DNA of 64,000 nucleotides from Vicinamibacteria bacterium (GTDB taxonomy: Bacteria > Acidobacteriota > Vicinamibacteria > Marinacidobacterales > Marinacidobacteraceae), in the NCBI GenBank assembly GCA_963555995.3, contig OY821641.1:2752001-2816000 (forward strand). The letters are read 5' to 3'. A program made the position numbers and the translations under genes. A model generated the notes under the pieces. The model saw nothing but the letters and a program-made list of their open reading frames with translations. It was not told the origin of the DNA and did no database searches. Below are positions 1 to 9,229 of the stretch, piece after piece. The stretch's first letter is position 1. The number at the start of each line of letters is the position of its first letter.

Positions 1-942
1 ATCTGGCCGAGCAGCGCGGACGTCCGGGACGCTCTCGACCGGGCGCTCCGGCCGGAGACCTTCCGCCGGATGTACGGCAACGTCTGGGACGGCAACCCCA
101 CGTGGAACGAGATCCCGGTGGACGCCTCCGAGATCTACCCGTGGGACGAAGGCTCCACCTACATCCAGGAACCGCCGTTCTTCTCCGGAATGACCGCCGA
201 ACCGGCCCCCCCCCCCGACATCCGGGGAGCGCGGGTGCTCGTCCGCTGCGGCGATTCGGTCACCACCGATCACATTTCACCCGCCGGGACCATCGCCTTC
301 GATTCGCCCGCCGGCAGTTGGCTCCGGGAGCGCGGGATCGAGCGCGGCGACTTCAACTCCTACGGTTCACGCCGCGGCAACGACCGGATCATGCTCCGCG
401 GCACCTTCGCGAACATCCGGTTCCGGAACCAGCTCGCGGGCGGCGCCGAGGGCGGCTTCACGGTGCACCACCCGTCGGGTGAGCAGACCACCATCTTCGA
501 CGCCGCCGAGCGCTACCGCGAGGAGGGCACCCCGCTCGTGATCCTCGCCGGCAAGGAGTACGGGACCGGCTCCTCCCGCGACTGGGCCGCCAAGGGAACG
601 CTGCTCCTGGGCGTCAAGGCGGTGATCGCCGAGAGCTTCGAGCGCATCCACCGCAGCAACCTGGTCGGCATGGGCGTCCTGCCGCTCGAGTTCCCGCCCG
701 GAGAGAACGCAGAGTCCCTCGGTCTGGTGGGAGATGAGGTTCTCGACATCGAGGGGGTCAGCAACGGCCTCGGCCCCGGCGCCCGGGTCACGGTGACCGC
801 GACCCGCAACGGAGAGTCCCGCTCGTTCGAGGCGCGCTGCCGCCTCGACTCGGCGGTGGAAGTGGACTACTACCGTAACGGAGGCATCCTCCAGACGGTG
901 ATGCGCGACCTGGCCCGGGAAGAAGAGCCGGCCACCGCCTGA
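1..942 (+). CDS. acnA: Aconitate hydratase A, C-terminal part (5' truncated by window)
   Basis: Frame is open from base 1 (IWPS...). Motifs GDSVTTDHISPAG, FNSYGSRRGN, RGTFANIR, GKEYGTGSSRDWAAKG, ESFERIHRSNL and YYRNGGIL are characteristic of AcnA. Confidence 0.97.
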   Translation: MWPSSADVRDALDRALRPETFRRMYGNVWDGNPTWNEIPVDASEIYPWDEGSTYIQEPPFFSGMTAEPAPPPDIRGARVLVRCGDSVTTDHISPAGTIAFDSPAGSWLRERGIERGDFNSYGSRRGNDRIMLRGTFANIRFRNQLAGGAEGGFTVHHPSGEQTTIFDAAERYREEGTPLVILAGKEYGTGSSRDWAAKGTLLLGVKAVIAESFERIHRSNLVGMGVLPLEFPPGENAESLGLVGDEVLDIEGVSNGLGPGARVTVTATRNGESRSFEARCRLDSAVEVDYYRNGGILQTVMRDLAREEEPATA

Positions 943-991
943 GGCACACCAGACCGCGCCGCGCCAATCCAGGCAGTGGCGCGGACGGCTT

Positions 992-1037
992 GGAACGCCG
1001 GTCTCCAGGCCGGCACGCGCGGCGCTCTGCGCCGCGC
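992..1037 (+). repeat. REP-like palindrome, type A (GGAACGCCGGTCTCCAGGCCGGCAC) plus second GC hairpin
   Basis: Matches a motif repeated ~24 times in intergenic regions; lies between convergent genes. Confidence 0.85.
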
Positions 1038-1076
1038 CCGTCGTAGCGCCATCCGCGACGACCGGTCCGCAATTCC

Positions 1077-2057
1077 CTAACGCGCCGAGATGGGAGTCTC
1101 GCCGGCGAGGATGCGCCGGAAGACGCCCATCTCGATGTTCCCGCCGGACACCACGCAGACGACCCGCCGTTTCCGGCCCGCCTCGCCCGGACGCCGCGGC
1201 ACCCGATCGGCGACTGCCACCGCCACCGGGCTGGCGCCGGCGCCCTCGGCCACGATCCGGCTCCGGCCGGCCAGGACGCGCACCGCCTCGGCGATCTCGT
1301 CGGGTGAGGCCAACAGCGGTTCCTCCAGGAACTCCTGAACGAGGGGCCACATCGGGTCCAGCACCGTGTTTCCGCCGATCCCGTCCACGAAGCTGGGCTC
1401 GGTATCAATCCACCGGGGCGATCCGTGCCGGACCGCCGCCGCGACCTTGGCCGAGGTGGTGACCTCGACCGGGTGGACCCGCGCGCCGGAGCCCTTCAAG
1501 CGGAGGGCGTTCGAAATCCCGCAACTCAGGCCGCCGCCCCCGAAGGGAACCAGCACGGCGTCCACGTCGGGCAGGTCCTCGTAGATCTCCAGCCCCGCGG
1601 TGGCGTTGCCCACCATGACCTCCCTCTCCTCGACCGGATGGACGAAGCGGGCGTCGAGCCCCGGATGGGTGTGGCTGACGATCGCCTTCCACCACTCCGG
1701 AAAGGGCTGGACCACGATCTCCGCCCCGAGCGCGGCGATGGACCGGCGTTTGTTCTCCGGCGAGGTCTCGGGGACGACGACGGTGCAGGGAACGCCCCGC
1801 TCCCGCGCCATGAAGGCAGCCGCCTGGGCCCAGTTCCCGGCGCTCGCGGTCATCACCCCGCGGGAGAGTTCCGCGTCGCTGAGCGAACCGAAGAGATTGG
1901 CGGCGGCGCGGATCTTGAAGCAGGCGAAGGGCTGGAGGTTCTCCAGCTTCAGCCAGATCTCGTCGGGGCCCTCGACCGGCAGCCGCACCAGCGGAGTCCG
2001 GACGGCGTAGGGCGCAATCCGGGCGCGCGCCGCCTCGATCTCGGTCAGCGGGATCAT
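1077..2057 (-). CDS. PLP-dependent threonine/serine dehydratase (fold-type II) family protein
   Basis: RTPL..., LKLENLQPFACFKIR (PLP lysine), ASAGN, VPFGGGGL, AEGAGA, VVSGGN. Confidence 0.9.
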   Translation of the reverse strand: MIPLTEIEAARARIAPYAVRTPLVRLPVEGPDEIWLKLENLQPFACFKIRAAANLFGSLSDAELSRGVMTASAGNWAQAAAFMARERGVPCTVVVPETSPENKRRSIAALGAEIVVQPFPEWWKAIVSHTHPGLDARFVHPVEEREVMVGNATAGLEIYEDLPDVDAVLVPFGGGGLSCGISNALRLKGSGARVHPVEVTTSAKVAAAVRHGSPRWIDTEPSFVDGIGGNTVLDPMWPLVQEFLEEPLLASPDEIAEAVRVLAGRSRIVAEGAGASPVAVAVADRVPRRPGEAGRKRRVVCVVSGGNIEMGVFRRILAGETPISAR

Positions 2058-2086
2058 GGGCGCGGGAGTCTATGGCGGAACGGCTT

Positions 2087-2302
2087 GGAGCGCCCGCCAG
2101 TCCTCCCGGTGGGGGCCTCCAGACCGGCACGCGCTGCGCGACAGCGCAGCGCATGACGCGGCGCCCTCCCGCGTGGGTGTGCTCTTCCCTCCACGAACCT
2201 CGACAGATCGGAGGTTCCCTTGCCTGGATCCCGCCACGGCGGCGAGCGAAACGACATCCGCGGGCCTTCGGCTTGCTGTGCCGGTCTGGAGACCGGCGTT
2301 CC
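2087..2302. repeat. Inverted REP pair (degenerate + copy at 2087-2130, - copy at 2278-2302)
   Basis: GGAGCGCC...CTCCAGACCGGCAC and GTGCCGGTCTGGAGACCGGCGTTCC. Confidence 0.7.
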
Positions 2303-2328
2303 GAGCCGGCGCGCCATCCGGCGTGCGG

Positions 2329-3096
2329 TTACGAAGGCTGCCGTGAATGGACGATCCGGATGCCTTCCAGCGTCAAACGCTCGTTCACGAGGTCCACCAC
2401 GCCGGTCCACTCCGCTACCTGGTGGGCGAGCCCCCCGGTGGCGATGACCGTGTGGTTCCCCCCGAGTTCCTCCTTCAGCAGCCGCACCATCTCGCGCACC
2501 ATGCCGGTCCAGCCGTGGACCAGGCCGGACTGCATGGCGGCGACGGTGTGCGTCCCGACCACGCGCTTCGGCAGCCGAAGCTCCACCCGGGGCAGCCGGG
2601 CCGTCCGGCGCACCAGCGCTTCGGCGGAGACGCCGAGCCCGGGGGCGATGGCCCCGCCCCGGTATTCCCCTTCCCGGGAGATCACGTCGAACGTCAGCGC
2701 CGTGCCGGCGTCCAGGACGATGGCGTCCACTCCGTAGAGGTGATGGACCGCCACCGTGTTGGCGATGCGGTCGGGGCCGGTCTCCTCGGGAGTGTCCACC
2801 GCCAGACGGATCCCGCGGGCGGTCTTGTGGTTCAGCACGAAGAGGCGGCTCCCGAAGTGGCGCTCCGCGAGGTTCCGCAGGATCTCGGTCGCCGAGGGGA
2901 CCACGCTGGCCGCCGCGAGCCCGTCAATGTCCTGCCGCGAGACGCCGGCCCCGGCAAGCAGGCTGTCCAGCAGCGCCGCGGTCTCGTCCGCCAGGCGTTC
3001 CGCCTGGGTGGAGATTCGCCAGTCGCGCACCCAGGCGTCGCCGTCGTGCAGGCCGATGGCGGTCTTGGTGTTGCCTACGTCGAAGACGAGGAGCAT
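2329..3096 (-). CDS. coaX: Type III pantothenate kinase
   Basis: MLLVFDVGNT, SVVP, GPDRIAN, LDAGTALTFD, GGAIAPG, VIATGG, LTLEG. Confidence 0.95.
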   Translation of the reverse strand: MLLVFDVGNTKTAIGLHDGDAWVRDWRISTQAERLADETAALLDSLLAGAGVSRQDIDGLAAASVVPSATEILRNLAERHFGSRLFVLNHKTARGIRLAVDTPEETGPDRIANTVAVHHLYGVDAIVLDAGTALTFDVISREGEYRGGAIAPGLGVSAEALVRRTARLPRVELRLPKRVVGTHTVAAMQSGLVHGWTGMVREMVRLLKEELGGNHTVIATGGLAHQVAEWTGVVDLVNERLTLEGIRIVHSRQPS

Positions 3097-3108
3097 TTCC
3101 CAACAATC

Positions 3109-4089
3109 CTATGAAACCGAAGCCACCGGCCGCTCTTCCCCGTCCGATCCGCGCGCCGCCTGACGCACGGCGCCGGCCCGCCAGACGCCCGCCACCACGC
3201 TGCCGATGAGCGAGTGGAAGAGGCTCGAGATGGCGCTCGGAACCGCGACCAGCGGGCTCGTGAAGTTCTGGCCGGCGAGCACCACTCCGAGGCCGGAGTT
3301 CTGCATGCCGACCTCGATGGAAACGGTGCGGGCGGTTCGAACGCGGCGCGAAACCAGCCGGGTGAGGGTGTAGCCGAGGAAGAAGCCGCCAGCGTGGAGC
3401 AGGAACACGGCGACGACCAGCAGGTCGCCCGATTCGAGGATGATCGCCCGGCTCGAGCCGATGATGGAAGCCACGATCAGCGTGATCAACACCACGGACG
3501 TGAACGGGCCGTAGGGGAGGACCGCCCGCGTGAGACCCGGGGCGTAGCGCCTCAGGACGAGCCCGGTGACGATCGGCAGGATCACCACCTGCACGGTGCT
3601 GAGGAGCAGGCCGGCCGCGGGGACGTCAATGCGGCTGCTCGCCAGCATCGAAGTCAGCGCCGGAGTCATCAGCACGGAGAACCCCGTCGAGACCGCGGTC
3701 ATCGAGACCGAGAGCGGGACATCGGCCAGCGCCAGATAGGAGATCACGTTCGAAGCCACCCCGCCGGGGCAGCAGGAAACCAGGATGAGCCCCACCGCGA
3801 ACTCCCGCGGCAGATCGAGGGCGGCGGCCACCGTCCAGCCCATCAGGGGCATGACGACGTACTGGAGCACCACGCCGAGGCCGATCGGCGCCGGCCGCCG
3901 CAGGACGCGCCGGAAGTCGTCCACCTCCAGCGTCAGCCCCATGCCCAGCATGATGACGCCCAGCCCGACGGTGATCAGGCCGCCGCTGAACCAGGTGAAG
4001 ATCCCGGGCCGCCACAGCGCGACGACGCTGGCCAACAGGACCCAGACCGGGAACGCGAACGTTCCGATCCGCAGGGCCTGGCGCAGCAT
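3109..4089 (-). CDS. Bile acid:sodium symporter (BASS/PanS-like) family transporter
   Basis: LGVIMLGMGLTL, QYVVMPL, GLILVSCCPGGVASNV, RTVSIEVGMQNSGLG. Confidence 0.92.
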   Translation of the reverse strand: MLRQALRIGTFAFPVWVLLASVVALWRPGIFTWFSGGLITVGLGVIMLGMGLTLEVDDFRRVLRRPAPIGLGVVLQYVVMPLMGWTVAAALDLPREFAVGLILVSCCPGGVASNVISYLALADVPLSVSMTAVSTGFSVLMTPALTSMLASSRIDVPAAGLLLSTVQVVILPIVTGLVLRRYAPGLTRAVLPYGPFTSVVLITLIVASIIGSSRAIILESGDLLVVAVFLLHAGGFFLGYTLTRLVSRRVRTARTVSIEVGMQNSGLGVVLAGQNFTSPLVAVPSAISSLFHSLIGSVVAGVWRAGAVRQAARGSDGEERPVASVS

Positions 4090-4204
4090 CGGCGGAGCTT
4101 AGTCGGCGGGCCGGCCCGATAGTGTTCGCCATCCGGCCCCGCAAACCCCTCATGATCGGTCCTCCTGCACAACCCACCGGTCACGAAAACGGCGGAAACG
4201 GTTT

Positions 4205-4396
4205 GGAACGCCGGCTTCAGCCGGCACAGCGGGCCACAGGTCCGCGGGCGACGTGTCGCGGTTCGGCTTTACGGAGCGCCATTACCGGAAACTCCGGTCT
4301 GTTCAGGTCGGCGCGGAAAAAGAACCACTCCGCAGATCAACGTCGCGCCGTGCGCTGCGCTATCGCGCAGCGCGTGCCGGCTGAAGCCGGCGTTCC
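4205..4396. repeat. Inverted pair of type B REPs (REPIN-like)
   Basis: GGAACGCCGGCTTCAGCCGGCAC at 4205-4227 and its exact reverse complement at 4374-4396. Confidence 0.85.
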
Positions 4397-4489
4397 AGGC
4401 CGGCGGCGCCATCACGGCGCCTGGCCGATCCGCGGGATTGCATCCGCACAGCAAACCTCCGATCCGCGCGGTTTGAAGGGGCGACAGAC

Positions 4490-5851
4490 ATGAACGGCGA
4501 AACCACGAACGGAGACGCGACGGCGCGCTTCGCCGCGTGGCGCTTCCACCGCCTTCGGGAGGGCGCGGCTTCGGAAACCGACCTGCACGATCTGGAGGAA
4601 ACGCTCTCGGGCGAGTTTGCCGCGCTTCGGGAGGCCGGCCTCGATCCCGACGAAGCGTTCCTCGTGGCCCTGAAACGGGTCGGGGAAGCGGATCCGCCGA
4701 CGCGCGAGTTCGCCCGCCAGCACGCCGTCCGGATGCTGGAGCCGCCGGCCGAAGCCGGGACCGGCCGCTGGGGAGTCGGCGCCGAGATGTGGGTCGCCCT
4801 GGGGCTGGCCGCGCTCGCCGCCGCCGCCGCCAAGGCCCTGCAGCTCCTCGGCCCTCCGCTCACGGAGGACGCCATCGCCTTCTACGCCCGGAACGAGAGC
4901 ATCGTGGCGCTGGGCTGCGTTGCCGGCTACTTCGCCTGGAAGCGTGGGTTGAGCACGGCCCGCTCGGTGCGGGTCGGCGCGGTCTTCGTGGCTGCCGCCG
5001 TCCTGACGGGCGTCTTCCCGTTCACCCCGGCGGGCGCCACCGACGTGCTCGCCGCGCTCCATCTGCCGATCGCGCTATGGCTGGCGGTCGGCATCGCGTA
5101 CACGGCGGGACGATGGAGCGTTTCCGCCGACCGGATGCGCTTCGTCCGGTTCTCCGGCGAGCTCTTCATCCACGGCGTCCTGATCGCGCTCGGCGGCCTG
5201 GTCCTCTCCGCCATCACGCTCACCCTGTTCGGAAGGATCGGCGTGGACACCGACCGGCTCTGGGGAGCGTGGGTGTTGCCCTGCGGAGCGGCCGGCGCCG
5301 CCGTTGTCGCCTCCTGGCTCGCGGAAAGCAGGACCCGCGTCACCGGAAGCCTGGCGCCGCTGCTGGCCCGGATCTTCACGCCCCTCTTCGCCTTCGCCCT
5401 GCTCGCGCTGCTCGTGACGATGGCGTGGACGGGAACCGGCCTCCGGATCGAGCGCGAGGTCCTCATGGTGCTCGACGTGCTGCTGGCCGTGGTCGTGGGG
5501 TTGGTGCTCTACGCCGTTTCCGCCCGGACGCCGGAAGCCGCTCCCCGACCGTTCGACGTGATGCAACTCCTGTTGGTGACGCTCGCGCTGGCCGTGGATC
5601 TGCTGGCGCTGGGCGCCATCGGGACGCGGATCGCCGAGCTCGGCTTCACCCCCAACCGGATGGCGGCCCTCGGCCTGAACCTGGTCCTGCTCGCCAACCT
5701 GGCCGGGTCGGCCTGGTTCTATCTGCGGTTCCTGCGCGGGCTCGGTTCCTTCGCCGCCCTCGAACGCTGGCAGACCGGCTTCCTGCCGGTGTACGCCGGC
5801 TGGGCCGGGATCGTCGTGGCCACGTTCCCGCCGTTCTTCGGCTATGTCTGA
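4490..5851 (+). CDS. Multi-pass membrane protein with N-terminal 'permease prefix' domain
   Basis: N-terminal LEETL...AGLDPDEAFLVALKRVG motif followed by ~12 hydrophobic segments; C-terminal GFTPNRMAALGLN. Confidence 0.75.
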   Translation: MNGETTNGDATARFAAWRFHRLREGAASETDLHDLEETLSGEFAALREAGLDPDEAFLVALKRVGEADPPTREFARQHAVRMLEPPAEAGTGRWGVGAEMWVALGLAALAAAAAKALQLLGPPLTEDAIAFYARNESIVALGCVAGYFAWKRGLSTARSVRVGAVFVAAAVLTGVFPFTPAGATDVLAALHLPIALWLAVGIAYTAGRWSVSADRMRFVRFSGELFIHGVLIALGGLVLSAITLTLFGRIGVDTDRLWGAWVLPCGAAGAAVVASWLAESRTRVTGSLAPLLARIFTPLFAFALLALLVTMAWTGTGLRIEREVLMVLDVLLAVVVGLVLYAVSARTPEAAPRPFDVMQLLLVTLALAVDLLALGAIGTRIAELGFTPNRMAALGLNLVLLANLAGSAWFYLRFLRGLGSFAALERWQTGFLPVYAGWAGIVVATFPPFFGYV

Positions 5852-5870
5852 ACGGGAGCGGTGGGAAGTC

Positions 5871-6048
5871 CTAGTGTGGTGTCCCGCAAATCCTGTGAGT
5901 TATCGAGAGCGGCGAGGCGCGCGCCTGACAAGGCGCGAATCCAGAGGAATACCGAGTGTATTCCGATGGATTCGGAACGCCGAGCGAAGCGGTCAGGCGG
6001 GATGCATCGCCGCTCGAATACCGCAGGATTTGTGGGACACCGCACTAG
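5871..6048 (+). mobile_element. MITE-like element 1: CTAG-flanked, ~23-bp terminal inverted repeats, structured core
   Basis: CTAG-TGTGGTGTCCCGCAAATCCTG ... CAGGATTTGTGGGACACCGCA-CTAG. Core CTGACAAGGCGCG...GGAATAC-N5-GTATTCCGA is shared with the elements at 6045 and 12312. Confidence 0.75.
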
Positions 6049-6231
6049 CAGCCTGTGGTGGAACTCGCGCGGCATTCGACACCCGCTGAATCCTCCCTGA
6101 ACCGCTCGCCCTTGGCTCGCTCATCGTTGCGCTTCGGTCGGAATACACCCGGTATTCCTCCCTCGCGCGCCTTGTCAGCGAGGCCCAGCGGGCGTCTCGG
6201 TGCTCACGCCAGTTCCGCCACAGGCTGCTAG
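6045..6231 (-). mobile_element. MITE-like element 2, sharing a CTAG with element 1, core in opposite orientation
   Basis: CTAG-CAGCCTGTGGTGGAACT ... AGTTCCGCCACAGGCTG-CTAG. The right CTAG contains the mqnD stop codon. Confidence 0.75.
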
Positions 6232-7067
6232 CGGATCAGCTCGAAATCGGGAGCTTCGGGAACCACCCCGGCGCGCTCGGCCATCGAGAAGAGGACCCGG
6301 AGCGCGGCTTCGCCGGAGTCCCCCATGTCGCGGGTGAGCGCCGAGACGTACATCTTGACGAACTTCCGCCCCAGCTCCCGCTCGAGTCCGCGGCCGAAGA
6401 GGAGCGCGTAGTCGAGGGCTTCGTCCTCGTTCGCGTAGGCCCAGTCAATGCTCGCCCGCATCGCCCGGTTCACTTCGATCGCCAGATCCCGCCCGAGGTC
6501 ACGGCGCACCACGTCGAGTCCGAGCGGCAACGGCAGCCCGTGCTCCTCCTCGAAGCGGACCCCGAAGTCCGAGAGCAGGTGGAACCCGCGCGCCTCGTAG
6601 GTGAGCTGTCCCTCGTGGATGACGACGCCGGCTTCGGCGCGGCCCGCTTCGACCGTTTCAAAGATCCGGTCGAACGGCACGAGGACGGGCTCGAACTCCC
6701 CGATGTAACAGCGGGCCAGCAGCGCCGCGGTGGTCCGCGGACCGGGGATCGCCACCCGGCGTCCGCGCAGGTCCTCGAGGCTTCCGGCCTTCCGGCTCAC
6801 CACCACCGGCCCGTAGCCCTCTCCCATGCTGGCCCCGGTCGCCATGATCCAGTAGCGGTCCGCGACCGACAGGTAGGCGTGCGCGGAGATGGCGGTGATC
6901 GGCAGCTCGCCGGCGAGCGCCCGATCGTTCAGGCTCTCGATGTCCTCGAGGACGTGTTCGACCTGGTAGTCGCGGATGCGCACCGCGCCCTTCGCGAGGG
7001 CGCAGAACATGAAGGCGTCGTCCGGGTCGGGGCTGTGCCCGACCCGCAGGATGGGAGGAGGGGTCAC
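6228..7067 (-). CDS. mqnD: 1,4-dihydroxy-6-naphthoate synthase (futalosine menaquinone pathway)
   Basis: LRVGHSPDPDDAFMF, DIESLN, GASMGEGYGP, VIHEGQLTY, LPLPLG, KFVKMYV. GTG start at 7067 overlaps the upstream stop (GTGA). Confidence 0.9.
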   Translation of the reverse strand: MTPPPILRVGHSPDPDDAFMFCALAKGAVRIRDYQVEHVLEDIESLNDRALAGELPITAISAHAYLSVADRYWIMATGASMGEGYGPVVVSRKAGSLEDLRGRRVAIPGPRTTAALLARCYIGEFEPVLVPFDRIFETVEAGRAEAGVVIHEGQLTYEARGFHLLSDFGVRFEEEHGLPLPLGLDVVRRDLGRDLAIEVNRAMRASIDWAYANEDEALDYALLFGRGLERELGRKFVKMYVSALTRDMGDSGEAALRVLFSMAERAGVVPEAPDFELIR

Positions 7068-7723
7068 GGATGGGTTCCTTTCGTTTCGGAGCGCGAAGGC
7101 CGGGAAGTATCCCCTGTCACGCAAGCGGCGGCCCGGTCCACGCATTCGTCGTCCCAGTCCGCCGGGAAGATGAGATCGGCGACGTCCCCGGCCCCGCCGA
7201 GGTAGCGGCGCTGCGCCGGGATCACCATGTGCTCGAACCGTTCCCGGACCTCGGCCGGCGTATAGGCGCGCTCCGCGCCGTCCCTCGCGATGCGCCGGCG
7301 GAGAAGCACGTCGAGATCGCCCTCCAGCAGGATGCGGAGGTCCGCCGCTTCCCGCACCCGCGCATCCCAAAAGGCGAACACCCCTTCCGCGATCACCAGC
7401 CTTGTCGGGCCGAGGGAGCCGGTTGTCCGGCGCGCGCCCGTCGAGAAGTCGTAGTCCAGATCGGGGACCGAACCCCCGGCGCGGAGCGCCTCGAGGTGTC
7501 CGGCGAAGCGATCGAGGTCGTACGACGCCGGCTCGTCGTAGTTGACGTCCGCACGCTCGGCGCGGGAGAGGTGCGAGGTGTCCCGGTAGTAGTCGTCCTG
7601 CGACAGCACGACCGCCTGCCAGGCCGGGAGCCGCGCCGCCAGCGCCCGGGCGAAACGGGTCTTCCCGGTGCACGTCCAACCGGCGACGGCCACCACGCGG
7701 ACGGTGTCGGGCGCAGCGATCAG
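7064..7723 (-). CDS. Uridine kinase-like P-loop kinase (start uncertain)
   Basis: VAVAGWTCTGKT Walker A, LSQDDYYRD, NYDEPASYD, YDF, IAEG, RRIARDGAER. The probable start overlaps the gatB stop. Confidence 0.75.
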   Translation of the reverse strand: MIAAPDTVRVVAVAGWTCTGKTRFARALAARLPAWQAVVLSQDDYYRDTSHLSRAERADVNYDEPASYDLDRFAGHLEALRAGGSVPDLDYDFSTGARRTTGSLGPTRLVIAEGVFAFWDARVREAADLRILLEGDLDVLLRRRIARDGAERAYTPAEVRERFEHMVIPAQRRYLGGAGDVADLIFPADWDDECVDRAAACVTGDTSRPSRSETKGTHP

Positions 7724-9210
7724 GACTCTCCTGGATCCCGGTGGAGCGCTCGTTCGAGCGCGGCCCGGGCCTCGCGAGCGTCCGCTTTCCCGCGGAGCTC
7801 GCGCATCAACTGCCCCACGAAGAACCCGATCACCTTCTTCCTGCCCGCGCGGTAGGCGTCCCGGTCCGCGGGGTGTTCGGTGACGAGCCGGGCGGCGATC
7901 TCGTCGAGGCGCGACCCGCCCGCGAGGTCGGCGAACCCGAGCTCCGCCATGAGTGCGCGGGCCGGGCGCCCGGTGTCGCACATCGCCTGGAAGACCTCCC
8001 GCGCGGCGTTGCGCGGCAACTCCCTCGCCGCCAGCAGGTGCACGAGCTCGCCGAGCCGTTCCGGAGGCGCGGCGAGCCGTCCGTCCTGCTTCTCCCGGGA
8101 GGCGACCTCGGTGGTGATCCAGCCCGCCGCCACGGCCGCAGCCTGGACGACGGGAGAACCGGCGGCCGTCGCCGCGGCCACCGTCGCCTCGTAGTAGTCC
8201 GCCAGCTCGCGGCGCGCGGCGATCCGCTCGGCCTGGTCGGCGGCGATCCCGTGCTCGCTCCGGTAACGGGCGGCGCGCTCACGCGGGAATTCGGGGAGTC
8301 CGCGGCGCGCCGCCTCGAGCAGTCCTTCCGGAAGCCGCAGCGGGGGAAGGTCGGGGTCGGGGAAGTAGCGGTAGTCCTCGGCCTCCTCCTTGCTCCGCAT
8401 GGGCTCGGTCACCCCGCGCGCCTCGTCGTAGAGGCGGGTCTCCTGAACGACCTTCCCTCCGGCAGCCAGGACTTCGCGCTGGCGCCGTTCCTCGTATTCC
8501 AGCGCCCGCTGGAGGAACCGGAACGAGTTCAGGTTCTTGAGCTCCACCTTGACCCCGTAGTTCGGGTCGCCCTGCCGCCGGACCGAGACGTTGCCGTCCA
8601 TCCGCAGGTTGCCCTTCTCCATGTCGGCGTCGGACACCCCGCAATAGACGATGCGGCTCCTCAGTTCCCGGGCGTAGGCGCACGCCTCGGCGGCCGAGCG
8701 CAGGTCGGGGTCGCTCACGATCTCGATGAGGGGCACGCCGGCGCGGTTGAAGTCCACGCCGCTTCGCCGGTCCGACCCGGGGAACCCCTCGTGAACCAGC
8801 TTGCCGGCGTCCTCCTCGATCTGGATCCGGTTGATCCCGACGTCGCGGTCCACCGGCTCCCCGTTCCGCTCCGCATCCAGCCGGATGTGGACGGACCCCG
8901 CCTCCGCGAGCGGAAACTCGTACTGGGTGATCTGGTAGCCCTTGGGGAGATCGGGATAGAAGTAGTGCTTCCGCTCGAAGACCGACTCCTCGTTGACTTC
9001 GCAGTCGAGGGCGAGCCCGGCGAGCACCGCGAGCTCCACCGCCCGGCGGTTCGGCACCGGGAGCGCTCCCGGAAGGCCGTAGCACACGGGGCAGAGGTGC
9101 GTGTTCGGGGGCGAGCCGAACTCGTTGCGGCAACCGCAGAAGAGCTTGGTCCGGGTATCGAGCTGGACGTGTACCTCCAGCCCGATGACGGTCTCGAACG
9201 GATCGGCCAC
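7720..9210 (-). CDS. gatB: Asp/Glu-tRNA amidotransferase subunit B
   Basis: FETVIGLEVHVQL, RKHYFYPDLPKGYQITQ, IEEDAGK, DFNRAGVPLIEIV, RSKEEAEDYRYFPDPDL. Confidence 0.98.
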   Translation of the reverse strand: MADPFETVIGLEVHVQLDTRTKLFCGCRNEFGSPPNTHLCPVCYGLPGALPVPNRRAVELAVLAGLALDCEVNEESVFERKHYFYPDLPKGYQITQYEFPLAEAGSVHIRLDAERNGEPVDRDVGINRIQIEEDAGKLVHEGFPGSDRRSGVDFNRAGVPLIEIVSDPDLRSAAEACAYARELRSRIVYCGVSDADMEKGNLRMDGNVSVRRQGDPNYGVKVELKNLNSFRFLQRALEYEERRQREVLAAGGKVVQETRLYDEARGVTEPMRSKEEAEDYRYFPDPDLPPLRLPEGLLEAARRGLPEFPRERAARYRSEHGIAADQAERIAARRELADYYEATVAAATAAGSPVVQAAAVAAGWITTEVASREKQDGRLAAPPERLGELVHLLAARELPRNAAREVFQAMCDTGRPARALMAELGFADLAGGSRLDEIAARLVTEHPADRDAYRAGRKKVIGFFVGQLMRELRGKADAREARAALERALHRDPGES

Positions 9211-9229
9211 CGGGTGGGGGACGGAACCG

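Noticed and set aside
5842-6100. Small ORFs within the CTAG elements
   Set aside because: Reading frames are not conserved among the three element copies.
6228-7679. 483-aa MqnD with a long N-terminal extension
   Set aside because: The extension is an off-frame reading of the kinase gene; the true start is GTG 7067, overlapping the kinase stop.
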